From Anolis carolinensis (lineage: Eukaryota): a stretch of DNA of 64,000 nucleotides. The stretch spans positions 74,601,923 to 74,665,922 of the forward strand of contig NC_085844.1 in NCBI RefSeq assembly GCF_035594765.1. Reading direction: 5' to 3'. The notes under the pieces were generated by a model, which was not told the DNA's origin, searched no databases, and worked only from the letters and a program-made list of their open reading frames with translations. The position numbers were made by a program, and so were the translations under genes. Below, in pieces: positions 12,827 to 25,958 of this stretch. Every line of letters begins with the position of its first letter. The stretch's first letter is position 1.

Positions 12827-12963
12827 GTAAATGAAAAAATAACTACTGTGGCTATACTTTGCTTCATTTTTTAAAATTAAAAGTTGTCATAGCTTTCATG
12901 CTGTCAAAACGTGTAGATAAAAACTGTCAAGGCAGAATACAGAAGCTGTTTAGATCAACAGGT

Positions 12964-13430
12964 TTTATTTATTTATTTGATTTACAGTATTTATATTCCG
13001 CCCTTCTCACCCCGAAGGGGACTCAGGGCAGATCACATTGTACACATATAAGGCAAACATTCAATGCCATATAACACAGAACAGAGACAGAGGCAATTTA
13101 AACCTTTTCCAGCTTCCTGAGGGTATGCTTGATTCCGGCCACAGGGGGAGGAGCTGCTTCATCATCCACTGCAACGGCACTTCCTCATTCCAACGGCGGC
13201 TGGGTGATTTTTATGGTGTTGTAATTAGCCTCCCCACATATAAGTGGTACCTAAATTTCCTACTTGATAGATGCAACTATCTTTTGGGTTGCTTAGGTCA
13301 GCAACGAGCAGGGGCTATATTTTATTTTTAATTGTTGGGTGCTCACCCCAACACGGGCTGGCCTCGAACTCACGACTTCTTGGTCAGAGTGATTTATTGC
13401 AGCTGGCTGCTCACCAGCCTGTGCCACAGG
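12964..13430 (-). mobile_element. SINE with L2-like tail and tRNA-like head (a related copy at about 41755-42690 is split by CR1)
   Basis: (TTTA)n tail, cccttctcaccccgaaggggactcagggc, and ctcgaactcacgacttcttggtcagag head. Confidence 0.6.
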
Positions 13431-13840
13431 CATAATGTGTAATATCTGTGAAAGACAACACTGGAATATATTGCTTTGCACAAAGTCAGTTTTCTTTATG
13501 AAGACAGTGAAACATTCACTACTTGTATTTCTTTTTATGCTATATAATTGAACTGTCTATATGCACCATGCTTCTCATTCTAACAGTTTACATCCAGTTG
13601 TTGTGAAATACAACAAGTTAATACATGCCCTCAGGAAAAGTAATTTGATATACCACTCTTTCTGGGATGTGCAAAATTCTGGTCTGAGCAGGCTCCACAT
13701 TTCTTGCATTTTTTTCACAGTGCTTTTCTGCTGCACTGGTTGCTTGGTCTGTATATAGTGGAATGTTAAGCAGAGAGAATGTTTCCTTCGTTTTTCCAGG
13801 AAGAGCTGTTCATAAACATATCTGACATTTCTCTTTCCAG

Positions 13841-13966
13841 ACTCCAAAAAACAAAGCTACAATCTTCAAGTTATGCAGCATCTGCTTGTATCTGCCACAG
13901 GAGCAGCTCACCCACTGGGCGGTTGGTACGATAGAGGAACACCTCCGCCCTTACATGCCAGAGTAG
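13841..13966 (+). CDS. C6orf62: C6orf62 coding exon 5 (terminal)
   Basis: ttccag|ACT acceptor; [41 protein letters not shown] then TAG. Confidence 0.96.
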   Translation, partial: TPKNKATIFKLCSICLYLPQEQLTHWAVGTIEEHLRPYMPE

Positions 13967-15120
13967 GGCACTGGCCAGCAAAATGGGGAAGATCACAGAA
14001 TGCAGGAGTGTGTTTTTTCACTTTTCTCGCCATTTATTCTTTCGGAGTTGAAGAAAATGGACACATGTTCAGAACACTATCCATCGTGGAACTTGATCAT
14101 CCTGGATTTTTTTTTAATCATTTGTATCTCAGAACTTTAAATTTTTTTTAGATGTTTTCTGCATGGACCTTGTGAAAGAGAATGCTCTGCATATTTCTAC
14201 ATTGTATGAGCATCCTACCAAAATGTGAAATGAACGGACTGTAATACACTGAAAGAAATGTATCTGAGAGCACAAAGTGATCATTTATGGTGGTGTTCCC
14301 ATTTGTGCTGGTCATGTCCCCCAATATCAGTATTCATAGGGTGAGAAGTGAATGTAATGGCGTAAAAGCCTTATAAGCTTTGCCGTTAACATGATTGTAT
14401 CAGCTGTGTCAGATTCATTCTGATGAAAGTTTATGGCTTGTTACAGTAGCTGGCTAACCATGGGAAAGAAATCTCAAGGAATAAAAGCATCTCATTTGGT
14501 GTAGGCACTATTTGCCTCTCTTATTTTGCTTGGCCATGTTTTAAGTTTATTGGCATTCTCATTTTTGGATCTCTTTCCCCAGTTTGCTGTATAACTAAAT
14601 GTAGAGTGTTCTGTTGAGTTGAATACATTTTTACAGACCTGGAGTCTGAAGTAGCCTAAAGCAGCTAAATTTAAAATAGGAGCTGCAGAAACTATATTGG
14701 CAGAGGATTATTTTTTTTTCCTGAGAGTTGACTCCTTGCTGGTGAACTACGTAGGAAATACTGGTTTCCAAAACATTTCTTACAGAAAACCCTCTGAAGT
14801 TCTTTTTGGGAATGGGGGTGGGGCAGGGAGGGTGGAATAAGATATTCTAAAGCAGTTGTGGATTTAATTGTAAAATATTGTTTGGAGTGTCAAAGTTGGT
14901 TTGACAACATATTTTGTTTAAGATTGTGCAATGAACATAAGAAAGACTACTGTATAGTTTTGGCAAAGAATGCTTTGCTTAAGGGTTGAGTAATTTTACT
15001 GAAGTAAATCTGTATAAGCCTACTCCCTTTGGGTAATCTAGTGCTTATCTGTTCAAAATTTGTATTTAGCTTTTGTTTGGAATTGGAAAAAAGAAATAAA
15101 TTAGTTGAACCATGATGTGT
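13967..15120 (+). other. C6orf62: C6orf62 3' UTR with candidate poly(A) signal AATAAA at 15095-15100
   Basis: Repeat-free AT-rich stretch after the stop codon; AATAAA followed by TG-rich sequence; true 3' end not determinable from sequence alone. Confidence 0.55.
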
Positions 15121-16329
15121 ACTGATTCTATATTTAAAATCTGAGCTTGCAGCATATTTTAACACAGTCTTGTAAAATATTCTGTGTATTTCAGTTTTAT
15201 TTTACTTAACTGTAAACAGTCTACACAAGTAAATAGTTTTTAAGAGTGCAAGTTAAGGTACTAGAGGTACGCACGGCTTTGTACCATATACATATTCAAC
15301 TTGGGCAGTTTGATTGAAATATTTAAGATTACTGTTTAGAACTCACAATGATCTCTTTGGTTTCCTCCTTTCTTTTCATATTCACATACTTAAATTAATT
15401 TACACCTTAATTTAACATCCGATAAAGCAACTAATGCACTTAGCAGGTTAATACAGTCTGGGCATCCTTTATCTGGAATTCTAAAATATGCCAAAAATGG
15501 AGGCACGGACAAACATGCAATGCATGGATTGGGAAAAAAGTCCCAGAAGTTACAGTAAGCTAAAAGTTCTGGCAAGTTTCAAGCGCTTTGGGAACCCATT
15601 GTTGCCATAGGAGTGATTATTCTGGCATGCTGCAGGCCAAACATGGAGCTGTTAAAAAGAGCTCATCCATGCTCTCCCCGGGTTGGATTCGAACTGGCAA
15701 CCTTCAGGTCATCAACCCAACCTTCAAGTCATCAGTCCTTCCAGCACAAGGGTTTAATCCACTTCACCACTGGGGGCTCCCAGTAAAGTAAATGAAAATA
15801 CTAGAGAAGAAGTCAAGTCTTCATTAATGCAAAATATTCTTCAGGAGTTAAAGTGTTATGGACACAGGAAGACACTTCATAAAGCATCACAGAAGAACCA
15901 GACACTCCTGACAGTGCAACACAAAACATAGGCAGTCCCTGAGTTATGAACATCAGAGTTACGAATGTGTCCTGGTTGGGAAATATAGCAAGGGGGGAGG
16001 GAGTATGTTGACTATCAAGTGATTTTGTTGGCCAGCAGGTAAACCAGGACTTCTGCCCAGCCGGCTGCATCTGTGAGTTGATAGTGGGAATGAAGAGAAA
16101 GAACGCATTGGTGACCACTAGGAGATTACAGTCCTCCCCCTCATCATTCTGGGCACAGAGTTGGAAAAGTAAATGAAAAAGAAAAAGAAGAAATCGAATC
16201 TACGTTCAGGCAAAGTATTATTCAAGAGGAATCAGTACTATGGACACAGGAAGACAGTTCACAGAGCATCAAACAGCCAGATGTTTCAGACTCCACAATG
16301 CAAAATATATTAGAAAACCCAATTTTTTT

Positions 16330-16568
16330 TCGTGTGAAGAGCAATTGCAAGTCGCTTCTGGTGTGAGAGACTTGGCCATCTGCAAGGACGTTGCCCAGGG
16401 GACGCCCTGATGTTTTACCATCCTTATGGGAGGGTTAGCTCATGTCCCCGCATGGAGAGCTGGAACTGACAGAGAGCTCACCAGCTCTCCCCGGATTCAA
16501 ACCGCTAACCTGTCTGCCAGCAGTCTTGCTGGCAGAAGGGTTTAACCTATTGTGCCACTGGGGGCTCC
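16330..16568 (-). mobile_element. tRNA-derived SINE (copies at about 15660-15780 and 48395-48647)
   Basis: Shared head aagggtttaacccattgtgccactgggggctcc and body gcaagtcgcttctg...tgcaaggacgttgcccagggg. Confidence 0.65.
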
Positions 16569-18237
16569 ATAGAAAATTAAATAAAAGGACTATAGAGGAA
16601 ACAGTCTTCATTAATGTAAAATATTCTTCAGGTATTAAAAGACCCATAGGCTGCCAGACCCGAAGGAGCCACTAAAGCCCATCATAATTTGTGTGGCTGT
16701 CACTAGTTTATTCCTTGTGTGTGTGCAGATACATCTTACTTTTAGGGAGAGAAAAAAACAGGACTCACATGGAACAAACAAGAATAAAATCATAGGACCT
16801 GAGGAAAAATAGGGACTACAGCCAAGAGTCAGACACATGAACTGGTTGATCACTAACACCAAGAAGTGTTGCATGATGTCTGGGGGGTGGGGGTGAAATG
16901 CATATATTCATAGAAATGTCAATGCCAAGAAACAAGTATTCAAATTGTATCTGTTCAACAGAAGCCCCTGAAAGCCCCCCCCCCCCCCCAAAAAAAAAAG
17001 TAAAATAAAGGCAACAGACAAAAACTTTATTCGGACAGGCTTTTAGAAGTGAAAAGGAGCTGTAAGTGTTCTGCTCTGTTGTTTTGATTGGATTGTTTAT
17101 TGTTTTTAAACTCTTAGAGGGTGTGCTTTTAATATGGTTCTTCGTTTAATTCAGTTTTAATGTGACTTTTAGTATGCTTTTAATTGTAATCTTTTAAATA
17201 TGTAAGCTGATTTGAGTCCCAATTTTTGGGAAAAAGCAGACTATAAACAAATACGATGATAATAAATATGACTGCTTTACAAGGTACTATGAATCACTGA
17301 AACCTTCTCAAGAACAGCACCATATCGATCATTGCTCCGAAATATCCATTATTTATGGTGCTCAAATTTTGGAAGACTTTCACTAAATCTTAGTGGACTA
17401 AAACTGATGGACAATGATGTTAGTGATTGTATTAAGAAATGTGAATTCCAGCAAAAGAGATGTGGGTGTTATTTGAAGTCAACTTTGAAGAGGGACTAGA
17501 ACAAGGTTAAGGAAATTTTACAATACCAAATTTTCATAACAGACAGCAAGTTCTCAAGACGTGAATCATTTTTTAACAAAAGACCCACAGGATAGATTCA
17601 ATATTTTGGAAATAACTGTGAAATTCCAATATCTATTACCTCTGCGCACTTCAACATGAATGAGTATGAATCAATAACTTAACAGATAATGAATGAAATA
17701 ATTATGTGATGTTTAACAGATGTGACATTCATTCAATACTGGATTCAAAGTACTCAAAACAGATCATATGGTTCCAATAATGTCTTCTGAATAGAGCAAT
17801 AGGGAAGTCACCTTGGATTCCTGCAACCATCCCAGTTTGGATTTAAGGTAAAAATAAAGTCAATTTTCCAAAGGGAAAATGATCCAGCAGAAATCCCCCA
17901 AAAATATTTTCTTCCACATTCTTGTTTATGTGATGGTTTTGTGTGGTTTTTGCAATTGTGGTTGAAACCCTTTGTTTTTACTGGTGGCTTATCTACCCTA
18001 GTAAGTTATTAACATTGAATGTATGCTTTGGTGATTTCTGTGTATGCTTCTCTCCAACTGGGTAGAAATCTGGCTAATATTGACTACACCACACTGCTAT
18101 TCCCTCTCCGCCATGAGGACAAATGATTGCCTGCATTTATATTCCACTCACCGGGAGACGCGATATGAAGACAGTTCATAACCAAAGATGCATAAAGAAG
18201 AGGAAATCTGAATTTAGGCCACCAACTTACTGTAGAT

Positions 18238-18372
18238 CAGTGGTTCTCAACCTATGGATCCCCAGGTGTTTTGGCCTACAACTCCCAGAAATCCCAGCCA
18301 ATTTACCAGCTGTTAGGATTCCCGGGAGTTGAAGGCCAAAACATCTGTGGACCCACAGGTTGGGACCCACTG
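18238..18372. mobile_element. hAT MITE, 135 bp; paralogous copy at 30210-30344, so it predates the duplication
   Basis: TIR cagtggttctcaacct, 8-bp TSD ctgtagat. Confidence 0.85.
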
Positions 18373-18672
18373 CTGTAGATGAACAGTAAAGAAGATTGAT
18401 ATAGTGAACATTGATCTTTTGCACTTTAGTACTGTTCTAAAGTTGCTTTGTTCTGCTTTCTCAAAACTCCAAGCTTTTTCCCCAGATATTTAATTTTATT
18501 AATATAACAGTTCACCATAACATTCAAACAACACCACACGTATTACAGACCATACAGGCACCCAAAACCCCAATCCCACACAAAATAAAACCTCTTTCCC
18601 AGACCCATGCACCCTTCACCATGACTTCCGATAACTGAAGCACTATGAAGCCTTTAAGCCAATTTATCTACC

Positions 18673-19528
18673 TGTCAGGACCCTGGCTGCAGAGCACCAA
18701 AAACCTTACACAGAGGCCAGTCTCTATCTAATATCTTTATTAAAGAAATATATAAAATCAATAAAAACAAGTGAAGAATATAGTTCAGAAGCAGACCTTT
18801 CAGATAAGGTCAAATATAGTCCAGAAATGTATTGTCCAATATAAGATATTAGAGTTCAAAGTTTTAATCCACTTGACCGAAACACACACTTTGCCAAGCA
18901 ATAGTGTGGGGAAATAACAGAGTCTTTAAAGTCCAATGAAGCTTGACAACAAGGCTGGAAATAAACTTGATTCTTGACTAGATCCGTGACTGGAGGCAAG
19001 ACGAACATGAAGCATGAAACAGAGTCCGTGGTAAAACCGTGAGACAAGGCAAGGCTTGAAGCTTGATCCGGGAAGCAAGGAACTGGGATTACGAAGTCCA
19101 CACACGATCTCTCTCCTCAAGCTGATCAATTGACTCCGCAAAGAATCCCTCGCGCCAAACACCTATATTGGGTCTCGTTTTCCCGCCAACAGAACTCTTT
19201 CCCTAGAGAAACCCAACTCTGTCCAGATGCATGACTCCTTAGAATTTCCCAAGGGAAGCAGACCTAATCAGCCATTTGTTTGGCAGCGATTCTCAGGCTT
19301 CTCCGATTAGCCTCCCTGACTCCCCTATCTTTAGAATAATTTTCCCTCCTGGAAAACGGGGGGGAGTTCTGCCCAAGGCCTGTTTGGCTGAATTCTTGAG
19401 GGCAAACATCAACATCCTGCAGGTGAAGAGACTCCGGCTCTTGCTGAACCGGCGAAAATCCCATGTTTTCCTCTTCGTCTGCCACAATAGTACTAGGAAC
19501 AGGACTACAAGGCCCATGAGTCATCACA
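18673..19528 (-). mobile_element. Solo LTR, 856 bp, unit A only
   Basis: TG...CA ends, 5-bp TSD CTACC (18668-18672 and 19529-19533), empty site in unit B near 30697; TATA-like and AATAAA signals on the minus strand. Confidence 0.85.
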
Positions 19529-19822
19529 CTACCCTTGTCCATTGCCTAATCCTAAATTCCTAATGGCACTCCTCTATGTCACTGACACTCCACTCAGATA
19601 TGCCATGGCCAACTTCCACTTTTCCAGAAAGTCCTCATTACTTTTGTTCCTCCTATTTTGGTTAGTTTGGCCATTAGCATATATTCCTGCATTCTCTCCC
19701 TCCAATCGTTTTTAGTTAAACTTTTTTCCCCATTCCGGTCTTTGGCCATGGTTAATCTTGCCATGGCAAAGCTATATTGGTGTATTTTTGGTCCTTTTGA
19801 TCATTGTTTTCTCTATGTAAAC

Positions 19823-20576
19823 CAGTGGTTCCCAAACTTATTTGGCCTACTGCCCCCTTTCCAGAAAAATATTACTCAACACCCCCTGGAAAGGGTGGGC
19901 GTGGCTTAGAGGGTGGGCGTGGCTCCTGCTCAAGAGGGCAGGGCTGAGCCTTTCCCCTAGTCCAAGATGCAGGGCTGCGAGGGGAGGTGGGCAGGGCCAC
20001 AAATGGGCAGCCAGGACTGGGATGGACGGAATTACAAGCTCTGAGGCAGGGCTGAGCTTCTATCCCTGTCCTGCAGCACCTGCCAGGACACAGGGGGCGT
20101 GGCTAGAGGAGGGGCCGGAGCCTATTCCCAAGTGCCTGACGGGGCTGAACCTCTATACCCCACCCCTGTGTTCTAACAAGCGCTTCAGGGGAGGTATATA
20201 GAGGCTCAGCCCTGTCTCCTGCTCTTGGCAAGAGGCCCCACCCTTGCCCCTAGCCCCCCCCCCCCCCTTTAGTCCTAAAAGGCCTCTCAGGAAAGGTATA
20301 CAGGCTCAGCCCTGTCTTGGGCTCTAGCTCTGCCATCTGTGTCCCAACACGTGCCTCAGGAGAGGTATAGATTCTCAGCCCACTCAGCCATGCCCACTCT
20401 TCTAGCTCCGCCTCCTGTTTCCTAACAGGCACCTCAGGGACTTAGCCCTGTCTCCAGCACTTGGGAAGAGGCCCCGTGCCCCGGCCCCACACCAAATGCA
20501 CCTGTGGCTATCACCGCCCCCCTGCATCGCTGCAGCACCCACCAGGGGGCAGTAGCACTCACTTTGGGAATCACTG
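19823..20576. mobile_element. Non-autonomous hAT transposon, 754 bp, GC-rich, unit A only
   Basis: TIR cagtggttcccaaa / tttgggaatcactg, 8-bp TSD atgtaaac, empty site in unit B near 30982. Confidence 0.9.
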
Positions 20577-20816
20577 ATGTAAACCTAACAAACACAACCC
20601 TATGCTTTTTTAATCTTATTATGTAGCATTTTATTTGTCTCCTTAAGTTTCCTTATCCCAAAATGCCTGTATGGTCTCACAGGTCCACCAAATATGGAGG
20701 AATGTCTCCTTCTGTTTCCTACACCTCCAGCAAATACTTTGTTGCGATTTATCTATCTTTCCCAATGTTGCTGGGTCAAAGCTCCAAGCCTTTAATTGGA
20801 CACTCCCTTTGTCCAA

Positions 20817-20973
20817 TCAGGATCCTAGGTATTTGGTATGCCTTCCTTGGGCTATCAATCTTCCAGTTGCTTTGTTTGTTAAATCCACGGTGGTAAAGGC
20901 CAGCCTTTTTCCTTGCTTGAGGATCTCAGCAGTGATCAGGATTTCATCTCCAATCTTAGCTGCCGACACATAG
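20817..20973 (-). CDS. ACOT13: ACOT13 copy A exon 3 (terminal)
   Basis: YVSAAKIGDEILITAEILKQGKRLAFTTVDLTNKATGRLIAQGRHTKYLGS then TGA; AATAAA on the minus strand at 20630-20635. Confidence 0.95.
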
Positions 20974-23117
20974 CTTGAAGGTGATAAGAAAGAAAGGGGG
21001 ATAAGATTTTTTTCCATTGTCCATGGTTTCTCATTTCATTTTAACCTACCAACCCTGAGGTAGGGAAGGCTGAGACAATTAATGGTCCAAAATAATGCAG
21101 CAAAATCCACAGCTGATGTTGCATATAAAGCTGACATAGAGTTGCATGGTGTAGTTGTGAATAAAGCAAAGATGGGAGACATGTGGCCCTTCACATGTTG
21201 GCCTCCAACTCTCACTTAGCCGAATGAGAACTCTCAATGCTAAGAGACCATGGAAGTTGTAGCATACATTGCTCATTCCTGGCATAAAGCATTGGAAAAA
21301 CAGGAGTTCAAAGTCCCATTTGGACCATAAGGCTCACTGGATGACCCTGCCCCAGTCATACATAACCTACTTCATGGGGATACTGGAAGGCTAATGCAGG
21401 ATAAAAGGACCATCTATGTGTACCAGAACTTCTTGGAATTAATTCAAAATAAAACAAGGTTCAAACATTCAAAATGCTACTCAGGCTTCCTAACAGGTTA
21501 AAGTGGTTGGTATGAAGATTTCTAGTTCTAATCCCAGACTCCAAGACTATATGTAGCAGTCTTGGGAAAATGTGGGGGTCTCTATCTCAACAGTACAGTA
21601 TGTGCTTTGCATGTTGAATTTCTGGTGTCTCTTTATCAAAGATTTGAGAAGCCATTACCAGTCAATATAGACACCTAGATGGACCAAAAGTCTCCTCACT
21701 GAGTGCACAGCAGGTGCCTGTATCCCCAGGTAACATCAGCACACATGCCCAGATTCCAGCTTCTGCTTTCTACATACGTACAAACTAAGATGACAAATTG
21801 TGATGGTAAACAAAACAGAAATAAGGGCTGCACTACATATGAGGGCTCTAAATCTTCAGAAAATGTGGTCTCTGGTCCCATTTTTGTAGCTCTCAAAGAA
21901 AGCCCCGACACACTTCACAGATCACACTATTCCATTTCTTCCAGATTTTTTTTGTTAAGCAGTATGGCAGAGTTGTCTGTATACTTTCTCCAAATGTGAG
22001 ATTCCATCTTTTCCCCTCCGTAACCCACAAAACACTTTTTGAATCCAAAAGTGAACACTGTGGGTTTAGTTTCAGGACACATCCTCCCAACCCCTCCCAT
22101 GGATATTAAAATTGGTGGATGCTCAAGTCCCATTATACAATGCCATAGAAAACGGAGTCCCTTATATAAAAATGGCAAAATGAGGGGTTGTTTTTTTTCC
22201 CAATGGGTGAGGAAGAAGAGCTTTCAAGCTATGAATTGTTGAATACATAGGAGCAACAACTGTGGATACAGAGGGTCAACTGTATTTTGTAGAGTTTCTT
22301 TTGATTGGGAATCATGAGAAAACCTTCCAAACCACTGACATAAGTGACTGTTAGCATATCCTTTCTGCCAAAAATGTCCCACTCGACAATTTGCCTGGCA
22401 GAAAGCCAGAAGTAACATTAATTCCAAAGGACCACCAAGAGACTAGTGTAACCCCTGGGGAAGAAGGCTGTCCTGTACTCCCTAAAAGCTGCCCATCCTG
22501 GCACAAAGGAAGTCTTTCCATATGCGTTGAAGCATGAAGTGCCACAACCTAGGGTGCATCTATATACTGTATAACTAATGCAGTTTGACAACATTTTCAC
22601 CACTGTGCCATTACACTATGTAACACAATTTTTATTCCTGGGTTATAAATGTCATTTCCTAATTGGTTCTATCATAAAAACATGGAAAAGGTTTATTAAA
22701 CTTCAAACACTTTGTTTTTGTGGGACATCTTCTGCAGCATGTATTGTTGTAGTTTTTCAGTGAATATCTGAGTCTAAACTAATGCAATATAGTTTATGGC
22801 TGCTACAAAAACAAAGCTTCTGGAGTATAGTTTCAAAGTAGGAACCACACAATTAAATAGGAATAACACTCTCAAACCAGGAACATAATGTAATGCTATG
22901 GAATCATAAGACATGAAGTTTTGCAAATTCTTTAGCCTTCTCTGCCAAACATTGCTGCTGTCTCACCAAGATGACAACTCCCACGACCTTCTAGCATTGA
23001 GACAATGCAGTTAAAAATGGCGTCCAACTGCTTTAATTCTATAGTTTAAATACATCCCCTAGACTCTACATATACATGGGAACAAAAATGGCACAACCCC
23101 ATATCTTTGATACCTAC

Positions 23118-23302
23118 GTAATATTCATGTCCACACTGACTCCAGGTGCTCCTCGTTCACTGTGCAGCAAAGCAGCTGTCGACACGACATCAATGAGTGT
23201 TGCCGTCAGCCCTCCATGCAGAGTTCCTCCCCGGTTTGTGTGCTCTTCTGCTACCTCCATTCCACAGACTACTTTTCCAGAGTCAGCAGAAAGAACTGTC
23301 AT
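23118..23302 (-). CDS. ACOT13: ACOT13 copy A exon 2
   Basis: Hotdog-fold thioesterase motifs HTNRGGTLHGGLTATLID and GVSVDMNI; cag| acceptor, AC|GTAGGT donor. Confidence 0.95.
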
Positions 23303-23934
23303 CTGGGAACAGGGGGGGGGGGGAGAAAACCAACTCTGTTAAGTTCCAGTAAACTTTTTACATACCATGAAACTGAAATATAATGCTTTCTTGTTTTTCA
23401 CAGTCACATAGGGCTTTTTAGGACAACATTCAGAATATTGCCTTGAGGATTCTGGGAATTATAGTCCCAGAATGTTGGCAAGTAAGTTTTGCCAAATTTT
23501 GTATATGACATTAGTGCAAATACAAATAGGTAATTCTTTACAAACTAGGTACTCTGCCTGTCATCAGGCCCCTAGGAAAATAACAAGGAGAAAAAGTGGG
23601 AAAACAATCCCCCAAAGCTGAATATGGTGGGTATTGAGAGGAACTGCTCTGGACATTTTGGAATTGCAGGTACTAAGATGTATAGTTCACCTGCAATCAA
23701 TGAGTACTTTGAACTCCACCAAATACGGAATTTGACCAAACTTGGCACATAGAGCCTCCATGACCCAGCAAAAAATACTGGACGTCTTTGGTGGGAATTC
23801 ACCTTGATTTGAGGGAGTTTTAGTTCACTTACATCCAAAAAGCACTGTGAATCCAAACACCGATAGATCTGGACCCAACTTGCACACATACCTGATATGC
23901 CGAAATTTGATTACTGGGGGGGGGGGGGGGGGTT

Positions 23935-24987
23935 AGTGATCTGTAATTGGCTAAGTGAACGAACCCAAAAGATGCTCACCAATGCATTTTTTTCATCCTG
24001 GAAAGAAGTGATAAGTGGAGTGCCCCAGGGTTCCGTCCTGGGCCCGGTACTGTTCAACATCTTTATTAACGACTTAGACGAAGGATTAGAAGGCACGATC
24101 ATCAAGTTTGCAGACACCAAACTAGGAGGGATAGCTAATACTCCAGAAGACAGGAGCAGAATTCAAAACGATCTTAAAAGACTAGAGATGGGCGGAAACT
24201 AACAAAATGAAGTTCAACAGGGACATTTTTCACTTCGGCAGAAAAATTGAAATGCAAAGATACAAAATGGGGGACGCCAGGCTCAACAGCAGTATGTGTG
24301 AAAAAGATCTTGGAGTCCTCGTGGACAACAAGTTAAACATGAGCCAACAATGTGATGCGGCTGCTAAAAAAGCCAACAGGATTTTAGCCTGCATCAATAG
24401 GGGTATAGCGTCTAGATCCAGGGAAGTCATGCTCCCCTTCTATTCTGCCTTGGTCAGACCACACCTGGAATACTGTGTCCAGTTCTGGGCACCGCAGTTG
24501 AAGGAAGATGTTGACAAGCTGGAAAGCGTCCAGTGGAGGGCGACTAAAATGATTAAGGGTCTGGAGAACAAACCCTATGAGGAATCGCTTAAAGAGCTGG
24601 GCATGTTTAGCCTGCAGAAGAGAAGGCTGAGAGGAGACATGATAACTAGCCATGTATAAATATGTGAGGGGAAGTCATAGGGAGGAGAGATCAAGCTTGT
24701 TTTCTGCTGCCCTGGAGACTAGGACACAGAACAATGGCTTTAAACTACAGGAAAAGAGATTCCATCTGAACATGAGGAAGAACTTCCTCATTGTGAGAAC
24801 TGTTTGGCAGTGGAACTCTCTGCCCTGGAGTATGGTGGAAGCTCCTTTTTTGGAGGCTTTTAAGCAGAGGCTGGATGGCCATCTGTAGGGGGTGCTTTGA
24901 ATGCAATTTCCTGCTTCTTGGCAGGGGAGGGGATTGGACTGGATGGCCCATGAGGTCTCTTCCAACTCTACGATTCTATGATTCTAG
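23935..24987 (+). mobile_element. CR1 LINE, 5'-truncated, in ACOT13-A intron 1 (followed by an L2-type tail to about 25087)
   Basis: [21 protein letters not shown] and FAD RT motifs; attctatg tail; absent from unit B. Confidence 0.93.
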
Positions 24988-25544
24988 AATGCTGTCGTGT
25001 CTGGGCATGGCCCCATGTAAGCCGCCCTGAGTCCCTCCGGGGAGATGGGGCGGGATATAAGAATAAAATTATTATTATTATTATTATAGGAGGAACTGAC
25101 CTTTCTTTCTGGGAGTTGTAGTTCACCCACAACCAGGGAAACTGTGACCTCCACCGATGACGGACCTGGACCATACTTGGCACACAGAACCCCATGACCA
25201 ACCCAAACTACCGAGGGGTTTGAGAGAACTGACACATCATAGTGGGAGTTGTAGTTTACCCTATAGCCAGAGAGCACACTAAACCCCACCCATGATGTAT
25301 CCTGAGCAAACTTGCCAAACATAACAAACTTTAAGTACAGATGGTGTTTCTCGGTGTTAACCTGGCATGATGTCAGTTGTAGTTCACCCACGACCTTAGG
25401 CATTTTGTACAGCTAAAAAATGTTGCTGTTTTTTTTTTTTCAAATAACCCAGGCAATGACGGGTATTCAAGCTGGTCTGGGATAAACAGAAAACCTGGGA
25501 TCAGATCCTGGGATATAGGGCCTGTTTGGAAAGGCCCTCTAAAG

Positions 25545-25679
25545 CAGTGGTTCTAAACCTGTGAGTCCCCAGGTATTTTGGCCTACAACTCCCAGAAATC
25601 CCAGCCAGGTTACCAGCTGTTAGGATTTCTAGGAGTTTGAGGCCAAAACATCTGGGGACCCTCAGATTGAGAACCACTG
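25545..25679. mobile_element. hAT MITE, 135 bp, unit A only
   Basis: TIR cagtggttct / agaaccactg, 8-bp TSD ctctaaag; empty site near 37926. Confidence 0.85.
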
Positions 25680-25958
25680 CTCTAAAGCGTAAGCAGCCAA
25701 TGCTTTTCACGGCTCAATTGGGGAAAATACTCACTTTGCTGTCCTGACCAAGGTCACCCTCACAACCTCTGAGGATGCCTGCCACAGATGCAGGCGAAAC
25801 GTCAGGAGAGAATGCTTCAGGAACATGGGCATACAGCCTGGAAAACTCACAGCTACTCAGATTTCATCTCGGTGTTTTGTCAGAAAAGGCAAAGATCTCA
25901 CCTCAGCATTCCCTCAAGCTCTCTCTCTTACACACACACACACACACAATATGGCTAC

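Noticed and set aside
17260-17900. Possible degenerate integrase zinc-binding (H2C2-like) coding remnant
   Set aside because: Only a faint pattern (DVSDCIKKCEFQQ) with no sustained frame; needs a translated search
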